From the IMG/VR virus record IMGVR_UViG_3300013104_000001, positions 62,001-126,000 of that record: a stretch of 64,000 nt of DNA; one strand, 5' to 3'. The notes beneath the pieces were generated by a model, which saw only the letters and a program-made list of their open reading frames with translations, was not told where the DNA came from and did no database searches. A program made the translations under genes and the position numbers. Shown one piece after another: positions 1 to 9,507 of the stretch (positions are counted from its first letter, which is position 1; the number at the start of each line of letters is the position of its first letter).

Positions 1-47
1 CCTTCTCGTGTTCTATCCTGGTATATTTGTGGTTATGGAGATCATTA

Positions 48-371
48 ATGCCCAGCAATGTAATCGAACCTTTTCATGTAAATGAAGAACGTGCTGTCGC
101 GTGGTATATCGCAAATGATGCCGATCATGCTCGCGAACAGTATTTGCACTTCGTTGAAGATTTCAGCCATCGTGGTGTTTCTGAAGGCGAAGACCAGTGG
201 GATACCGTGCACGAAGAAGCAGAACTGGCTGATCAAGAATACCCGTTGATCATTGCGTTCTATCTTAACTTTGATCACGCTGATCGGCATGAAGCATTGG
301 TCGCTCCGCTTGGTGCGGCTATCGGCATCACCCCTCCTGAGCTTGTCGCTCATTATCAATTAACCAAGTAA
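48..371 (+). CDS. hypothetical acidic protein
   Basis: ORF track 27..371; better start ATG 48 after GGAG RBS. Confidence 0.7.
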   Translation: MPSNVIEPFHVNEERAVAWYIANDADHAREQYLHFVEDFSHRGVSEGEDQWDTVHEEAELADQEYPLIIAFYLNFDHADRHEALVAPLGAAIGITPPELVAHYQLTK

Positions 372-381
372 GGATAATATC

Positions 382-672
382 ATGGCCTTTGCCCTTGATG
401 CAAAACTCGTTCCATTCCTGTTCAAAACAAAAGATGGTCGTCTGTACGCTAATGTGTCTGGCGGTAACAAAACCAAACTGGTCATCTCAATGGACCAGGG
501 CCTGACTCAAGAGTTAGGTGCGCCTGCACAGGACGTTCCACTCGAAGCGCGTGTCAATGGCACGAAGCTGTACTTCAGTCCACAAGGCGAAGTGACAGGC
601 TGGGATATCCCTGAGAAGAAAGTAGCTGACGCAGCTACTGCCGGTTCGATGAACATGCGTCGTCCAGGCTAA
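382..672 (+). CDS. hypothetical phage protein
   Basis: AAGGA RBS, 96-aa ORF ending just before a hairpin. Confidence 0.75.
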   Translation: MAFALDAKLVPFLFKTKDGRLYANVSGGNKTKLVISMDQGLTQELGAPAQDVPLEARVNGTKLYFSPQGEVTGWDIPEKKVADAATAGSMNMRRPG

Positions 673-680
673 TCCATGCG

Positions 681-706
681 GGGAGGGGAAACCCTCCCTT
701 ATGCCG
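681..706 (+). terminator. 3'-end hairpin + TTATGCCG tag
   Basis: GGGAGGG-GAAA-CCCTCCC then TTATGCCG (699-706). Confidence 0.75.
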
Positions 707-718
707 TTTGGGGGTTAT

Positions 719-1246
719 ATGAGTTTAGTGATTTACAAAGACGGGTTATTAGTCGGGGACAGACATGGCTCACGTTATGTTGCCTCTTTTGACATGGTGC
801 GTGATGTCGTGAAGCTCTATAAGTCTAAGTGTGGCAGGATAGCACTAGCGGTTACCGGGCAAGTGTTGACTGATGAAGATCTACAAAAAGCATTTGATTT
901 CTTCATTAACTCGGTTACTGACTATCATTACCGTCATCTGGATTTGGACTACAGCAACAGATACGCCGAGGAAGATGCACTACGTATGGGGATGACGGGT
1001 CGTCACTTCATGATCATGACCCGCTCGCATATCTTCGCAGTTGAAGCAGGTATGTTGATCGATCTCAGTAATGAACCTTGGTACGCGACGGGTAGCGGGC
1101 AAGTAATGGCAGATATTTTCTTAACTGCGGGTTACTCGCCACAAAAGACCGTTGAGAATGTATCTAAAATTAACCAAGAAGTCAGCAAGCGTTTTACCCT
1201 TATCAATCAGGCTACGTTGAAGCCGCTTATTAAAGAGGTGGTATAA
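719..1246 (+). CDS. HslV/proteasome-like Ntn-hydrolase fold protein
   Basis: N-terminus MSLVIYKDGLLVGDR and ATGSG…AGYSPQKTV resemble phage HslV-like (MTTIA…AIGSG) proteins; start moved to 719. Confidence 0.55.
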   Translation: MSLVIYKDGLLVGDRHGSRYVASFDMVRDVVKLYKSKCGRIALAVTGQVLTDEDLQKAFDFFINSVTDYHYRHLDLDYSNRYAEEDALRMGMTGRHFMIMTRSHIFAVEAGMLIDLSNEPWYATGSGQVMADIFLTAGYSPQKTVENVSKINQEVSKRFTLINQATLKPLIKEVV

Positions 1247-1762
1247 ATGAGTAGTATCTTTGCCATCTCAGGCGATAACGTGGTTTACGCGCATCAACTG
1301 CTTAAGCTGAATGGCTTGCCGTTCACACCGGGTGAAGGTTCGTTATGGACACCGTGCGGTCGGTTCTTTCCTGTTTCACATCAGGGGCTGGCCTTGCTCG
1401 AGTATTTCCTTGAGCCGGGCAAACTGTCAGTTGATAGCTCCTACAACAACTACGTTTTAGGTATTCTGGCAACACCACATGGATTGTTGTACGAATACAC
1501 GTTGGTTGACAGTTGTGTTACTCGTCGTATTATCCCTCGTGGGAAAGGACTGCGCTACTGTCGTTCTAACGACCCTCAACTTGAGGAGTGCATGCAAGCC
1601 GCAATGGAAATCCATACCGAGCTTGTTGATGCCATGGACCTGGTTGCTAAATCTCGCAAGATCTTATTGAATGCGTACAAGTATACACTGTTGACTAATG
1701 TATATGCTGAAATGGCCGAGCGAAAGATCATCGGGAAACCGCCTTCGCTTATGCAAGCGTAA
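1247..1762 (+). CDS. hypothetical protein (possible degenerate partner/paralogue of the upstream Ntn-fold protein)
   Basis: GAGG RBS, abuts the previous stop. Confidence 0.65.
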   Translation: MSSIFAISGDNVVYAHQLLKLNGLPFTPGEGSLWTPCGRFFPVSHQGLALLEYFLEPGKLSVDSSYNNYVLGILATPHGLLYEYTLVDSCVTRRIIPRGKGLRYCRSNDPQLEECMQAAMEIHTELVDAMDLVAKSRKILLNAYKYTLLTNVYAEMAERKIIGKPPSLMQA

Positions 1763-1801
1763 AGAACCAATCTAACTTAACTTGTCCATAAAAGGAAATT
1801 T

Positions 1802-2254
1802 ATGAACACACGTATTGATGATGCACTAGATGTAATCGAGCTTGATGCTCAAAACGAACGTACTATGCTGTGCAGAAAGCAAGAAGCGACTCTGCCTGGT
1901 TATACAAGCAAAATGGCGGCTAAGCTTCAAAAGGTAATTGGGAAGGTTATTTGTAAGGCGAACAAATACAATGAAACTGTTGTTAGCAATACTCACTGTA
2001 CTGACCGTCTGTTTCTCTGTTTCGGTGATCGTATCACGCGTGTGCGCATTATGGCGTACGCAAAGGGCTCTGTTTATATTAGCGTTGACTGGGCTAGCTT
2101 CATTCGTGATCACAAACTACAGCACGTTGCCGGATATCAACTGGCAGGTCACCTTGGCGCAAGGATTGATGATTACACTGCTATTAGCCGTGGCGAAACG
2201 TTTAACCACGAATACGAATTCGTTTTAGTCAAAGCGTCTAAAGGGAAAGCCTGA
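1802..2254 (+). CDS. hypothetical protein
   Basis: AAGGA RBS; TGATG overlap with next gene. Confidence 0.7.
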   Translation: MNTRIDDALDVIELDAQNERTMLCRKQEATLPGYTSKMAAKLQKVIGKVICKANKYNETVVSNTHCTDRLFLCFGDRITRVRIMAYAKGSVYISVDWASFIRDHKLQHVAGYQLAGHLGARIDDYTAISRGETFNHEYEFVLVKASKGKA

Positions 2255-2676
2255 TGCCAAATCAAGGTATTATCACACACGTCCGGGAAATTGACAAAAA
2301 CCATGCTGCCGCCAAGGAGGTGGCAGTTTTACCTGATTACTGCAACGCGCTGGTAAGTACATTAATCAGCACGGCGTTTTATCACCGTAATGGTTTAGCT
2401 GATAAATCCATTCCACGTTTTGGTGAACACAAGTTCATCCAATACAACGACTTGGAAAAGGTCACTGACTGGTCTGTTGAGATCCGTAGTCACAGCTGCA
2501 TTGTTTACGAACTTGATATCCCACAATTCGTTCAGGATGCGGGTCTGATCAAATCGTTTATTGATATCGTCAGTTCTCACCTTGAGCTGTACTATCCTGA
2601 TTGTAAGGTCCTACTCGGAAATGTATTACCTCCGTGTCAGCTTACAATCCGTGTAGAGAAGAAAGAAGAAATATAA
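2254..2676 (+). CDS. hypothetical protein
   Basis: translationally coupled ORF. Confidence 0.7.
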   Translation: MPNQGIITHVREIDKNHAAAKEVAVLPDYCNALVSTLISTAFYHRNGLADKSIPRFGEHKFIQYNDLEKVTDWSVEIRSHSCIVYELDIPQFVQDAGLIKSFIDIVSSHLELYYPDCKVLLGNVLPPCQLTIRVEKKEEI

Positions 2677-2700
2677 TGCTTATTATATAGGTTGTAACTC

Positions 2701-2715
2701 TAAAGAGGTGATCCA
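2701..2715 (+). other. 14/15-nt complement of the 16S rRNA 3' end in an ORF-less spacer (candidate ncRNA element)
   Basis: TAAAGAGGTGATCCA versus TAAGGAGGTGATCCA; no ATG at RBS spacing. Confidence 0.45.
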
Positions 2716-2858
2716 TATCTCCCTTGGGTAAGGGTTAGAACCCGGCCGTGGCAGCATAGCCAAAGTCGTATAACTCAAGTCGACGGATTTTAGTTATTCG
2801 GCGAACTTTGCATTGTATATTGCTCTCCTTTTTCTACACAGCTCAAATCTCCATAGTC

Positions 2859-2891
2859 AAGGGGTAGGGATAACCTACCCCTTTTATGCCG
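2859..2891 (+). terminator. 3'-end hairpin + TTATGCCG tag
   Basis: AAGGGGTAGG-GATAA-CCTACCCCTT then TTATGCCG. Confidence 0.75.
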
Positions 2892-2907
2892 CATAGGGAC
2901 TTATTTC

Positions 2908-3228
2908 ATGTCAGAATTCTTTCACGCATATATATCGTACATCATCAATATTTTCATCTTTATCATGACATTCGCTTGGGTCTATTGCGGTAGTGGTGGC
3001 ACAAGTACTGCCAAAACTAAACTGGTGCGCTATGGTCTACCGACCGTCTTTGGTATTGGGATCTTATTAATGGTAGAGGGGATGGGTGCATTCGATGCTC
3101 ACCTGGAACGCGGTAAGTGTCGTGACCTACCTCCTGGTCAAGGGGTAATGTCAAACGACCGTTGTTACAAACGTATTGACGGGCCGGTGTACATACCTGC
3201 TAACACTGATGTATTTAAAGCGGAGTGA
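2908..3228 (+). CDS. hypothetical membrane protein
   Basis: two hydrophobic segments. Confidence 0.7.
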   Translation: MSEFFHAYISYIINIFIFIMTFAWVYCGSGGTSTAKTKLVRYGLPTVFGIGILLMVEGMGAFDAHLERGKCRDLPPGQGVMSNDRCYKRIDGPVYIPANTDVFKAE

Positions 3229-3232
3229 TCTC

Positions 3233-3433
3233 ATGCACGATGGATGGTTGTACATTGCATTATTCGTGCTGTGTTATATCTGGGGTTCGTACGGTCTACC
3301 TTATACCGGTAATCCATTGAAAGGTATATTGTACCCAGTATTATTTGCACTTGCTGTATGTTTTGCAGTAATGGGTATAAAGGCCTGTGTAGATGGTTCT
3401 ACTGGATATAAACCAAACTACCACGTCAGATAA
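3233..3433 (+). CDS. small hypothetical membrane protein
   Basis: GGAG RBS, ATG 3233, two hydrophobic segments. Confidence 0.65.
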   Translation: MHDGWLYIALFVLCYIWGSYGLPYTGNPLKGILYPVLFALAVCFAVMGIKACVDGSTGYKPNYHVR

Positions 3434-3438
3434 GTAAT

Positions 3439-3466
3439 AGGGAGGCTTCGGCCTCCCTTTATGCCG
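3439..3466 (+). terminator. 3'-end hairpin + TTATGCCG tag
   Basis: AGGGAGGC-TTCG-GCCTCCCT then TTATGCCG. Confidence 0.8.
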
Positions 3467-3534
3467 ATTTTTCTTTTTTGTTATTTCCGACATCATCTAA
3501 CCAATCATTTAGCCAAATATAAGAGGAATGCGTT

Positions 3535-4092
3535 ATGGGACGAATTACGAGCGATACCATCCTTGCTAAATTGCGGGAAGTATCGGAAGATAAGAAGGAA
3601 AGCCAATTTAGAGAGATTTGCTCTATCGCACAGACGGCAGCATTCAACGTCGAAGCGATTGTGGAACTCATCGCTTTATCTGGTGAGTTACATATCGACT
3701 TACTTAACCGAAAACATATTGATGCAATCATAGAGCCTCATTACGAAGGTAATATGAGATGCTACAGTCGGATTAGTCGCACCTCGTCTATACACACTGG
3801 CATGACACACCTTGCCGGTAATGCACACATCTACACCAACGACGCCGGTGAAGAGTCTGTCGGGATCGTGTGTGTCCTTAAATTTAAACGCGACTTCCTC
3901 CAGTCTTCACTATTGCCTGAAGTACGTTCTCACTTTATGAAAGCGATTCAAACTCGTATAGACACTCACGACTCAATCGTATTTCACTCTCACCCTGATT
4001 CGGAATGGGGTCCGGTTAGAGATATGCCGGGATGGCATGTGACCTCAGAAGTCCGTGATGACTCAATAATCGTTACTTTGAAATTCAAATAG
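3535..4092 (+). CDS. hypothetical protein
   Basis: GAGGA RBS, 185 aa. Confidence 0.7.
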   Translation: MGRITSDTILAKLREVSEDKKESQFREICSIAQTAAFNVEAIVELIALSGELHIDLLNRKHIDAIIEPHYEGNMRCYSRISRTSSIHTGMTHLAGNAHIYTNDAGEESVGIVCVLKFKRDFLQSSLLPEVRSHFMKAIQTRIDTHDSIVFHSHPDSEWGPVRDMPGWHVTSEVRDDSIIVTLKFK

Positions 4093-4119
4093 TTTTAACT
4101 TTAAGTTAAGGAAAGAAAA

Positions 4120-4821
4120 ATGCTTGTTGGTGTAGTCGATGCTGAATCCACAGACCTGGTTGATACTGCTGGTCTGTTTACCCTTTCAGGTATTATCCTG
4201 AATGTTACTGATCTGTCTGATATCGAAAAACAGATTGCTGATTATAAAGCAAAGAAAAAACCAGAAGGGTCGTTCCATGTGGTGTTTAACATCACGGAGC
4301 AATACCTGCTGGGTCGTACGTTCCTGGCGAGCACACAAGCGTGGTGGGTGAAGAAGACGACTAAGGCTGCACAAGCAGCGATTCTGGAACCGTCCACGCC
4401 ATTGAAAGCTGCCATGGAACAGTATGCCGAATGGATCCAATCTCTGATCGATCTTTCTAAAGAAGAACGCGGCCCGGATTCTTTGGTTAACATTTATTAC
4501 CGTGGTGATTTCGACGGTCGTGCTGTGGCTTCTCTGGCACGTGCCATTGATGTCAAACTGCCTTCTAATTATCGCTCTAATAAAGAAGTGCGTACGTACA
4601 TCGATGCCAAGCTGGATACCGATATTGGCTATATTCCGTGGCTCGGTTATCCCGCCGGTCTGGAGCGCCACAACTCTTTGGAAGACGTATTAATCGACGG
4701 CTTCGAGATGGCAGTGGCGTATCACATCAACCAACTGCAAAAGACCGCATCTAAAACAGTTGATGCCGAAATGCAAAGACTCTCGAAGAAATATCCTCCT
4801 AAGGAGATTCGTCATGGGTAA
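4120..4821 (+). CDS. DEDD(h)-type 3'-5' exonuclease/exoribonuclease
   Basis: ExoI VVDAEST, ExoII RGDFDG, ExoIII HNSLEDV. Confidence 0.75.
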   Translation: MLVGVVDAESTDLVDTAGLFTLSGIILNVTDLSDIEKQIADYKAKKKPEGSFHVVFNITEQYLLGRTFLASTQAWWVKKTTKAAQAAILEPSTPLKAAMEQYAEWIQSLIDLSKEERGPDSLVNIYYRGDFDGRAVASLARAIDVKLPSNYRSNKEVRTYIDAKLDTDIGYIPWLGYPAGLERHNSLEDVLIDGFEMAVAYHINQLQKTASKTVDAEMQRLSKKYPPKEIRHG

Positions 4822-5614
4822 AGAACTATCACCAGAAGATCTTAAAGCGCAACGTCAGGCACGTTTGGCGTACGTAGATAATAGCCGGTCGGAACTGCGG
4901 AAAAAGATCTTCGACAACGGTCAGTACGACAATTACCTGGAAGCGGCCAACGCGCATTTCAAATCGACCAATCGTTTGATCATGGCCGAGCAGGTGTTCT
5001 CTGAAGATAACCTGGCGCACTTGTACAGTCGTTTGGACCATCATGCGGTACCGGGAAATGGCGCGGTGTATTTGGTGGAGCTCGAAGCTGACCCATCGAA
5101 CTATCATCCGGCGCAGGATGAAATGCGGGTTTATATTGCCCTGGGTGTCTTTGACCGTACTTTCACACCAGACACCCCGTGGGAGATGCGGGTACAGAAC
5201 CGTTATTATCCCGACAACGTGTCTGTGTCATTGATCATGACTGACCTTGATGGACGTATTGCTTCTGACGCTATCCTTACTGGATTCCGTTCATTCGACC
5301 GTGGTGCGATCTATGACCGCTATGACGGTAAGCCACGTGAGCATAACCACCACCACAGTATCATGACGGGTATTGTCAACTATAATCGTCAGGTTATCTT
5401 TAATGTTTATAACAAGATCCGTGAGTACGGTGAAGCAGCAATCTTGTTGTTGGCTAAACGTCAGATCGCTCAGCAGGACCCAGAGCTCGGCGCAGTGTGG
5501 TTGCTTGCCGGGTTAAGAATGGGTGTTAACTGGAAACTGGAGAATCACATCGTGCTTAAAGAAGCGATGGATGCCATCATTGCCGAGGAGTGTGATCATG
5601 CTGACCATGTTTAG
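4814..5614 (+). CDS. hypothetical protein
   Basis: AAGGAG RBS, ATG 4814. Confidence 0.75.
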   Translation: MGKELSPEDLKAQRQARLAYVDNSRSELRKKIFDNGQYDNYLEAANAHFKSTNRLIMAEQVFSEDNLAHLYSRLDHHAVPGNGAVYLVELEADPSNYHPAQDEMRVYIALGVFDRTFTPDTPWEMRVQNRYYPDNVSVSLIMTDLDGRIASDAILTGFRSFDRGAIYDRYDGKPREHNHHHSIMTGIVNYNRQVIFNVYNKIREYGEAAILLLAKRQIAQQDPELGAVWLLAGLRMGVNWKLENHIVLKEAMDAIIAEECDHADHV

Positions 5615-6359
5615 AAAGTGGATTGGTGCATCCAGGTCTTTTAAAGAAGACGACGGATCTACTCGGGTAACCGGCGATCAATTCGAACTGACCTACGGGC
5701 GTTCTTTTCACAAGAAGCTTAACCGTAAAGTCGGTCACGGGTTTGGTTGTCATGTCGAAAACGGTGAGAAACTCTCGCTGGTACTGCGTTTGTATTTCTT
5801 TGTGCTGATTACCTGGACGAAGAAGCGTAAGGACCTGACCTGGGAGCAGGACGATAACTGTCCGAGTTACGGGTTTAATTACATGGACAACTCCATCTAC
5901 TTTTACCTGGGTAACGAGTCAGCTAAATCTGGCAAACACATCAGTATGCGTAAACGCATCAAAGAACTGAAGATGCCGTGGGCCCGTACGTTTCATAAAC
6001 GTGAGATTATGACAACGGGTGGGAAGTGGGTCAATAGCAATGATAATCCATCCAATGTCAATCAATGGGCATTCCCAGCGACCTACACCACTAAACACGG
6101 CGAAGTCCAGGAGCTGATGATCTCTGCTATCATCGAACGTATGACCTGGCGTTTGTCCTGGTTCCCGTGGCTACCTTTGTTTGCCAAACGTGTCCGTAGT
6201 GTTGATTTTAAATACGAAGGAAACGGCGGCAATGGAATTGGTCATGATCGCAGCGGTTGGAAAGGTGGAGTGATCGGCGGGAGCGTTAGCATGCTGGATA
6301 ACGAGCACAGTCCACAGGATACGATGGATCGTCTGATCAAAGAACAACACTACGGCTAA
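5598..6359 (+). CDS. hypothetical protein
   Basis: GAGGAG RBS, ATG 5598. Confidence 0.75.
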   Translation: MLTMFRKWIGASRSFKEDDGSTRVTGDQFELTYGRSFHKKLNRKVGHGFGCHVENGEKLSLVLRLYFFVLITWTKKRKDLTWEQDDNCPSYGFNYMDNSIYFYLGNESAKSGKHISMRKRIKELKMPWARTFHKREIMTTGGKWVNSNDNPSNVNQWAFPATYTTKHGEVQELMISAIIERMTWRLSWFPWLPLFAKRVRSVDFKYEGNGGNGIGHDRSGWKGGVIGGSVSMLDNEHSPQDTMDRLIKEQHYG

Positions 6360-6373
6360 TAAGGAAAAGTAAC

Positions 6374-7525
6374 ATGCGTCAATATTTAGACGGGGTTCGT
6401 TATATCTTTGAAAACGGATCTCAACGCGGTGACCGTACTGGCGTGGGTACGTTATCTGTCTTCTCCATGAAACAGACTTACGACCTGCGCCAAGGCTTCC
6501 CGTTGGTTACCAGTAAAAAGGTTCGTATGGATTACATCCTTCATGAGCTCATTTCATTCCTGTCAGGTAATCCTGATATGCCGGGTATCAGTATCTGGGA
6601 TGACTGGCGTGTGAAGGAAGAGATTTCTCGCGAAATCCCGATGGATAATCCCGAGCGACTTACTGCCTGGTGCGAACTGTCTGATCTCAAACGTCCGATC
6701 GCTGAAGCACAGCTCAATGGCATGGGTTCTGTGAAAGCGGCTCATGCTTTCCTGGATCAACAGGGAGTGCCACGTAATAAGAAAGTTGTCCTGGTACCAG
6801 AAGGTGCACTCAATGCACCATACGGGCCAGCCTGGCGCGCGTGGAAGGGTCGTAATGGCGAAGTGCATGATCAGATCGGTTATCTGCTAAACATGCTTAA
6901 AACGAATCCTACGAGCCGTCGTATGGTGTTGTCTGCATGGGATCCCGGTAACATGCCAGATGAATCCATCAGCCCGCAGGATAATGTCATTGCTGGTAAG
7001 CCATGCCTGACTCCATGTCACTGGGCGTTCGAGCTGTACACCGATGAGATCCCGGTTGAAGATCGTATCAATTGGATCGAGGCTAACGCACCTAGCGTCT
7101 GGGATGACTACAACGAATGGTCCCATCGGGGTCACTGGCTAGGTGATACGGATAATAAACGTCTGAATGAGTTTATGGATGATGCTAACGTACCTAAGTA
7201 TTACCTGGATCTGAAATACCATCAGCGTTCATGCGACTACATGGTTGGCGTACCGTATAACATCGCAAGCTATGCCGCACTGCAGCACATGTTTGCCAAC
7301 TCGGTGAACATGATCCCACGTATGTTAGAAGCGGACATGACTAACGTGCATATTTACAATTTCCATAAGGAGAATGCAATTATGCAAGCGAGTCGTACCC
7401 CGCGTGAGTTACCACAACTCACTCTTCTTACTCACTGTGAAAAGCTGGAGGATTACAAGCTGGAAGACTTTAAGTTGGAAGGCTATGACCCACATCCATT
7501 TATTAAATATGAGAGAGCTGTGTAA
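6374..7525 (+). CDS. thyA: thymidylate synthase (with insertions)
   Basis: DRTGVGT, FPLVTSKK, SRRMVLSAW, catalytic PCH, QRSCD, PYNIASY, HIY. Confidence 0.95.
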   Translation: MRQYLDGVRYIFENGSQRGDRTGVGTLSVFSMKQTYDLRQGFPLVTSKKVRMDYILHELISFLSGNPDMPGISIWDDWRVKEEISREIPMDNPERLTAWCELSDLKRPIAEAQLNGMGSVKAAHAFLDQQGVPRNKKVVLVPEGALNAPYGPAWRAWKGRNGEVHDQIGYLLNMLKTNPTSRRMVLSAWDPGNMPDESISPQDNVIAGKPCLTPCHWAFELYTDEIPVEDRINWIEANAPSVWDDYNEWSHRGHWLGDTDNKRLNEFMDDANVPKYYLDLKYHQRSCDYMVGVPYNIASYAALQHMFANSVNMIPRMLEADMTNVHIYNFHKENAIMQASRTPRELPQLTLLTHCEKLEDYKLEDFKLEGYDPHPFIKYERAV

Positions 7526-7582
7526 TCCTACCTCGTAGTAGGAAGGGGTAGGAACCCTGGACTAAATTGATGGAGCAATAAC

Positions 7583-7975
7583 ATGACCTGCAATGAAGAC
7601 TGTACTTTAGTGTTTGGTGAAGTGACGGGTAATCGAGATATCCTTACCTTAAAACAATTCTTTGCTAAGATGCGTGCTGGGCTCTCTAAAACGGATCGTC
7701 GCAGATACCGGATAGACGTAGTTCATTATAAGTTCGTCTCCAGGAATGGTGACATTGTTGTTGATAAAGTCAAGACAGTAGATATCTCAGTCCTGTTTGA
7801 TTTTAACTCACGTGAATCAAGTTGCTCGACTCTGTATACTCATCATGGCTTGGTGGCATCCGATCTTCTCTTACTATTAAAAGAAGAGCAAAAATGGGAT
7901 GGGTATTGTTTAGAGGTTGGGTTGCAAGGTGTGGTGTTAGAGGGGACTGATGAAGGGTTGTTAGAAGTCGCATGA
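7583..7975 (+). CDS. hypothetical protein
   Basis: GGAG RBS. Confidence 0.65.
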   Translation: MTCNEDCTLVFGEVTGNRDILTLKQFFAKMRAGLSKTDRRRYRIDVVHYKFVSRNGDIVVDKVKTVDISVLFDFNSRESSCSTLYTHHGLVASDLLLLLKEEQKWDGYCLEVGLQGVVLEGTDEGLLEVA

Positions 7976-7979
7976 ATTA

Positions 7980-8012
7980 GGGGAGGAGGGGAAACCTTCC
8001 TCCCTTATGCCG
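7980..8012 (+). terminator. 3'-end hairpin + TTATGCCG tag
   Basis: GGGGAGGAGGG-GAAA-CCTTCCTCCC then TTATGCCG. Confidence 0.75.
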
Positions 8013-8033
8013 ATAATAATGAAAGAAGTGAAC

Positions 8034-8067
8034 TGCAGAAAATCTCAGACCTACATGACACACGTGA
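8034..8067 (+). promoter_or_regulatory. putative phage-RNAP (early) promoter
   Basis: TGCAGAAAATCTCAGA-CCTACATGAC-acac-GTGA; one of nine copies. Confidence 0.7.
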
Positions 8068-8106
8068 ATTAACCAATCCAATTTAACCCTTGTAAGGAGC
8101 TTTATC

Positions 8107-9498
8107 ATGGCAGCATTAAAATCTAAAACAGCTTTGTTCGACTGGTACATGGGCCTGAAAACAAATCTGAAGTCCAATAAAATTACGGTGATTGAGTTTG
8201 AGAAAGAAATCATCGATACCCTCGGTGCTTTCTTTGAAGGCCATAAAGAAATCACTCCGACTAAAGCCGGGCTCATTGCTGACATTCTGAATGCAGTGGG
8301 TTATGACCATATCTTCACACAACCTGCAGCTGTACAGATCGCTTATGTACTGGGCGAAAGTGGCGCTACTACAGAAGAAGTGGTCAGAACAGCGTTGGAC
8401 AACTTCACTGCGGTTCAGGTAGCTGCACAGCTTGACCGTGAAAAGAAACAAGCTGCGAAAGCTGAAGAGAAAAAGACTTTCGCTAAGTTCCCGTCCAGAG
8501 CTGATATCCAGCAATGGGTCAGCATGAACAAACCGACCTCAGTGACCAATAACGTTCGTGATGCATTTAGCGCAATTAGTACCACGAGAGAATATCAAAA
8601 TACCTGTAAATTCTTCGCTGATGCTGAGAAACAAATTTCAGGACTAATAATGGAGCTGAACCAGACTGATCCTAAATATGTCGATAACCTCTTGCTTATC
8701 GACTATTTCGTCTCTTTGATCAGTGCAGTTGACACTATTCCCGATAGCGAGCGCGAACACCTACAGGACACGCTACGAAGTGTGCACGCCAGTCCTGTCA
8801 AAACACCGCACACCGATGCCTTCATGAAGATCGGTGAACCGACTGTTGGTAATGACCGGGTCACCATTGCTAAGCAAGCATTGGAAGAACGTGTGAATAG
8901 CTCCAGATTCAACGGTAATCCTGATGGCCGTGACCGTAGCAGTCTATTACAACGATTCAGTGAAGGTTACTGTCCGGTAACCACAGCGCGGCATCTGGCA
9001 CGTACAGAGCTGATGGACTTCGTGAAAGATACTACGGCGTCTGTACTGCTGGCTATCGCTAACCCTGTTGAAAAGGCGCATGCGGATTTCTTAATAAAGT
9101 TTACCCGCACCGATACTCTGGAACTAGAAAACGGCGTGCTGGCAATCACTACCGATATCCTGCGTAACGGCTTAGTGGAAATGCGCATCTACCATGAACT
9201 GTTCAGCAACATTGGTGCTAACCAAATGGGCTACGCCAAATACCCTCAGCGAGTTACTGGTTACACGCCTATGGGTGCACTGCTGCAACAGTTCATCTCG
9301 CTGTGGCCGATCCCTAATGTGGCGCCACGTTTCAATCGTACTAACGGTGGTTATAACGGCGGGGATGCTTTCGATGGTCCAGTTTCTCTGGAAGAGTCAT
9401 TGTTGTCTGCACTGCATCAGTCTGCGGCTCAGTATGACGTTACACCAACTTTCGGTGTTGACCTGACTGGTAACTGCTTACTGGTTGTGCTGCACTAA
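8107..9498 (+). CDS. hypothetical protein (shares modules with 9557 and 9882 ORFs)
   Basis: AAGGAG RBS; WY..LK..L and LIDYF.S motifs shared with neighbours. Confidence 0.8.
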   Translation: MAALKSKTALFDWYMGLKTNLKSNKITVIEFEKEIIDTLGAFFEGHKEITPTKAGLIADILNAVGYDHIFTQPAAVQIAYVLGESGATTEEVVRTALDNFTAVQVAAQLDREKKQAAKAEEKKTFAKFPSRADIQQWVSMNKPTSVTNNVRDAFSAISTTREYQNTCKFFADAEKQISGLIMELNQTDPKYVDNLLLIDYFVSLISAVDTIPDSEREHLQDTLRSVHASPVKTPHTDAFMKIGEPTVGNDRVTIAKQALEERVNSSRFNGNPDGRDRSSLLQRFSEGYCPVTTARHLARTELMDFVKDTTASVLLAIANPVEKAHADFLIKFTRTDTLELENGVLAITTDILRNGLVEMRIYHELFSNIGANQMGYAKYPQRVTGYTPMGALLQQFISLWPIPNVAPRFNRTNGGYNGGDAFDGPVSLEESLLSALHQSAAQYDVTPTFGVDLTGNCLLVVLH

Positions 9499-9507
9499 TC
9501 TGTATCT

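Noticed and set aside
2642-2716. Minus-strand 24-aa hydrophobic ORF (MDHLFRVTTYIISIIFLLSSLHGL) and nearby 7-aa ORF (MQSSPNN)
   Set aside because: The first has only 2 nt between SD and ATG and overlaps a + gene; hydrophobicity is expected from AT-rich antisense. No independent support for either.
3461-3733. ORF starts at 701 and 3461 (MP…)
   Set aside because: The ATG belongs to the TTATGCCG tag; no RBS. The real genes start at 719 and 3535.
6374-7525. ThyA as a dCMP/dUMP hydroxymethylase for modified DNA
   Set aside because: It retains the Asn specificity residue and standard ThyA motifs; no glycosyltransferase or modification cluster nearby.
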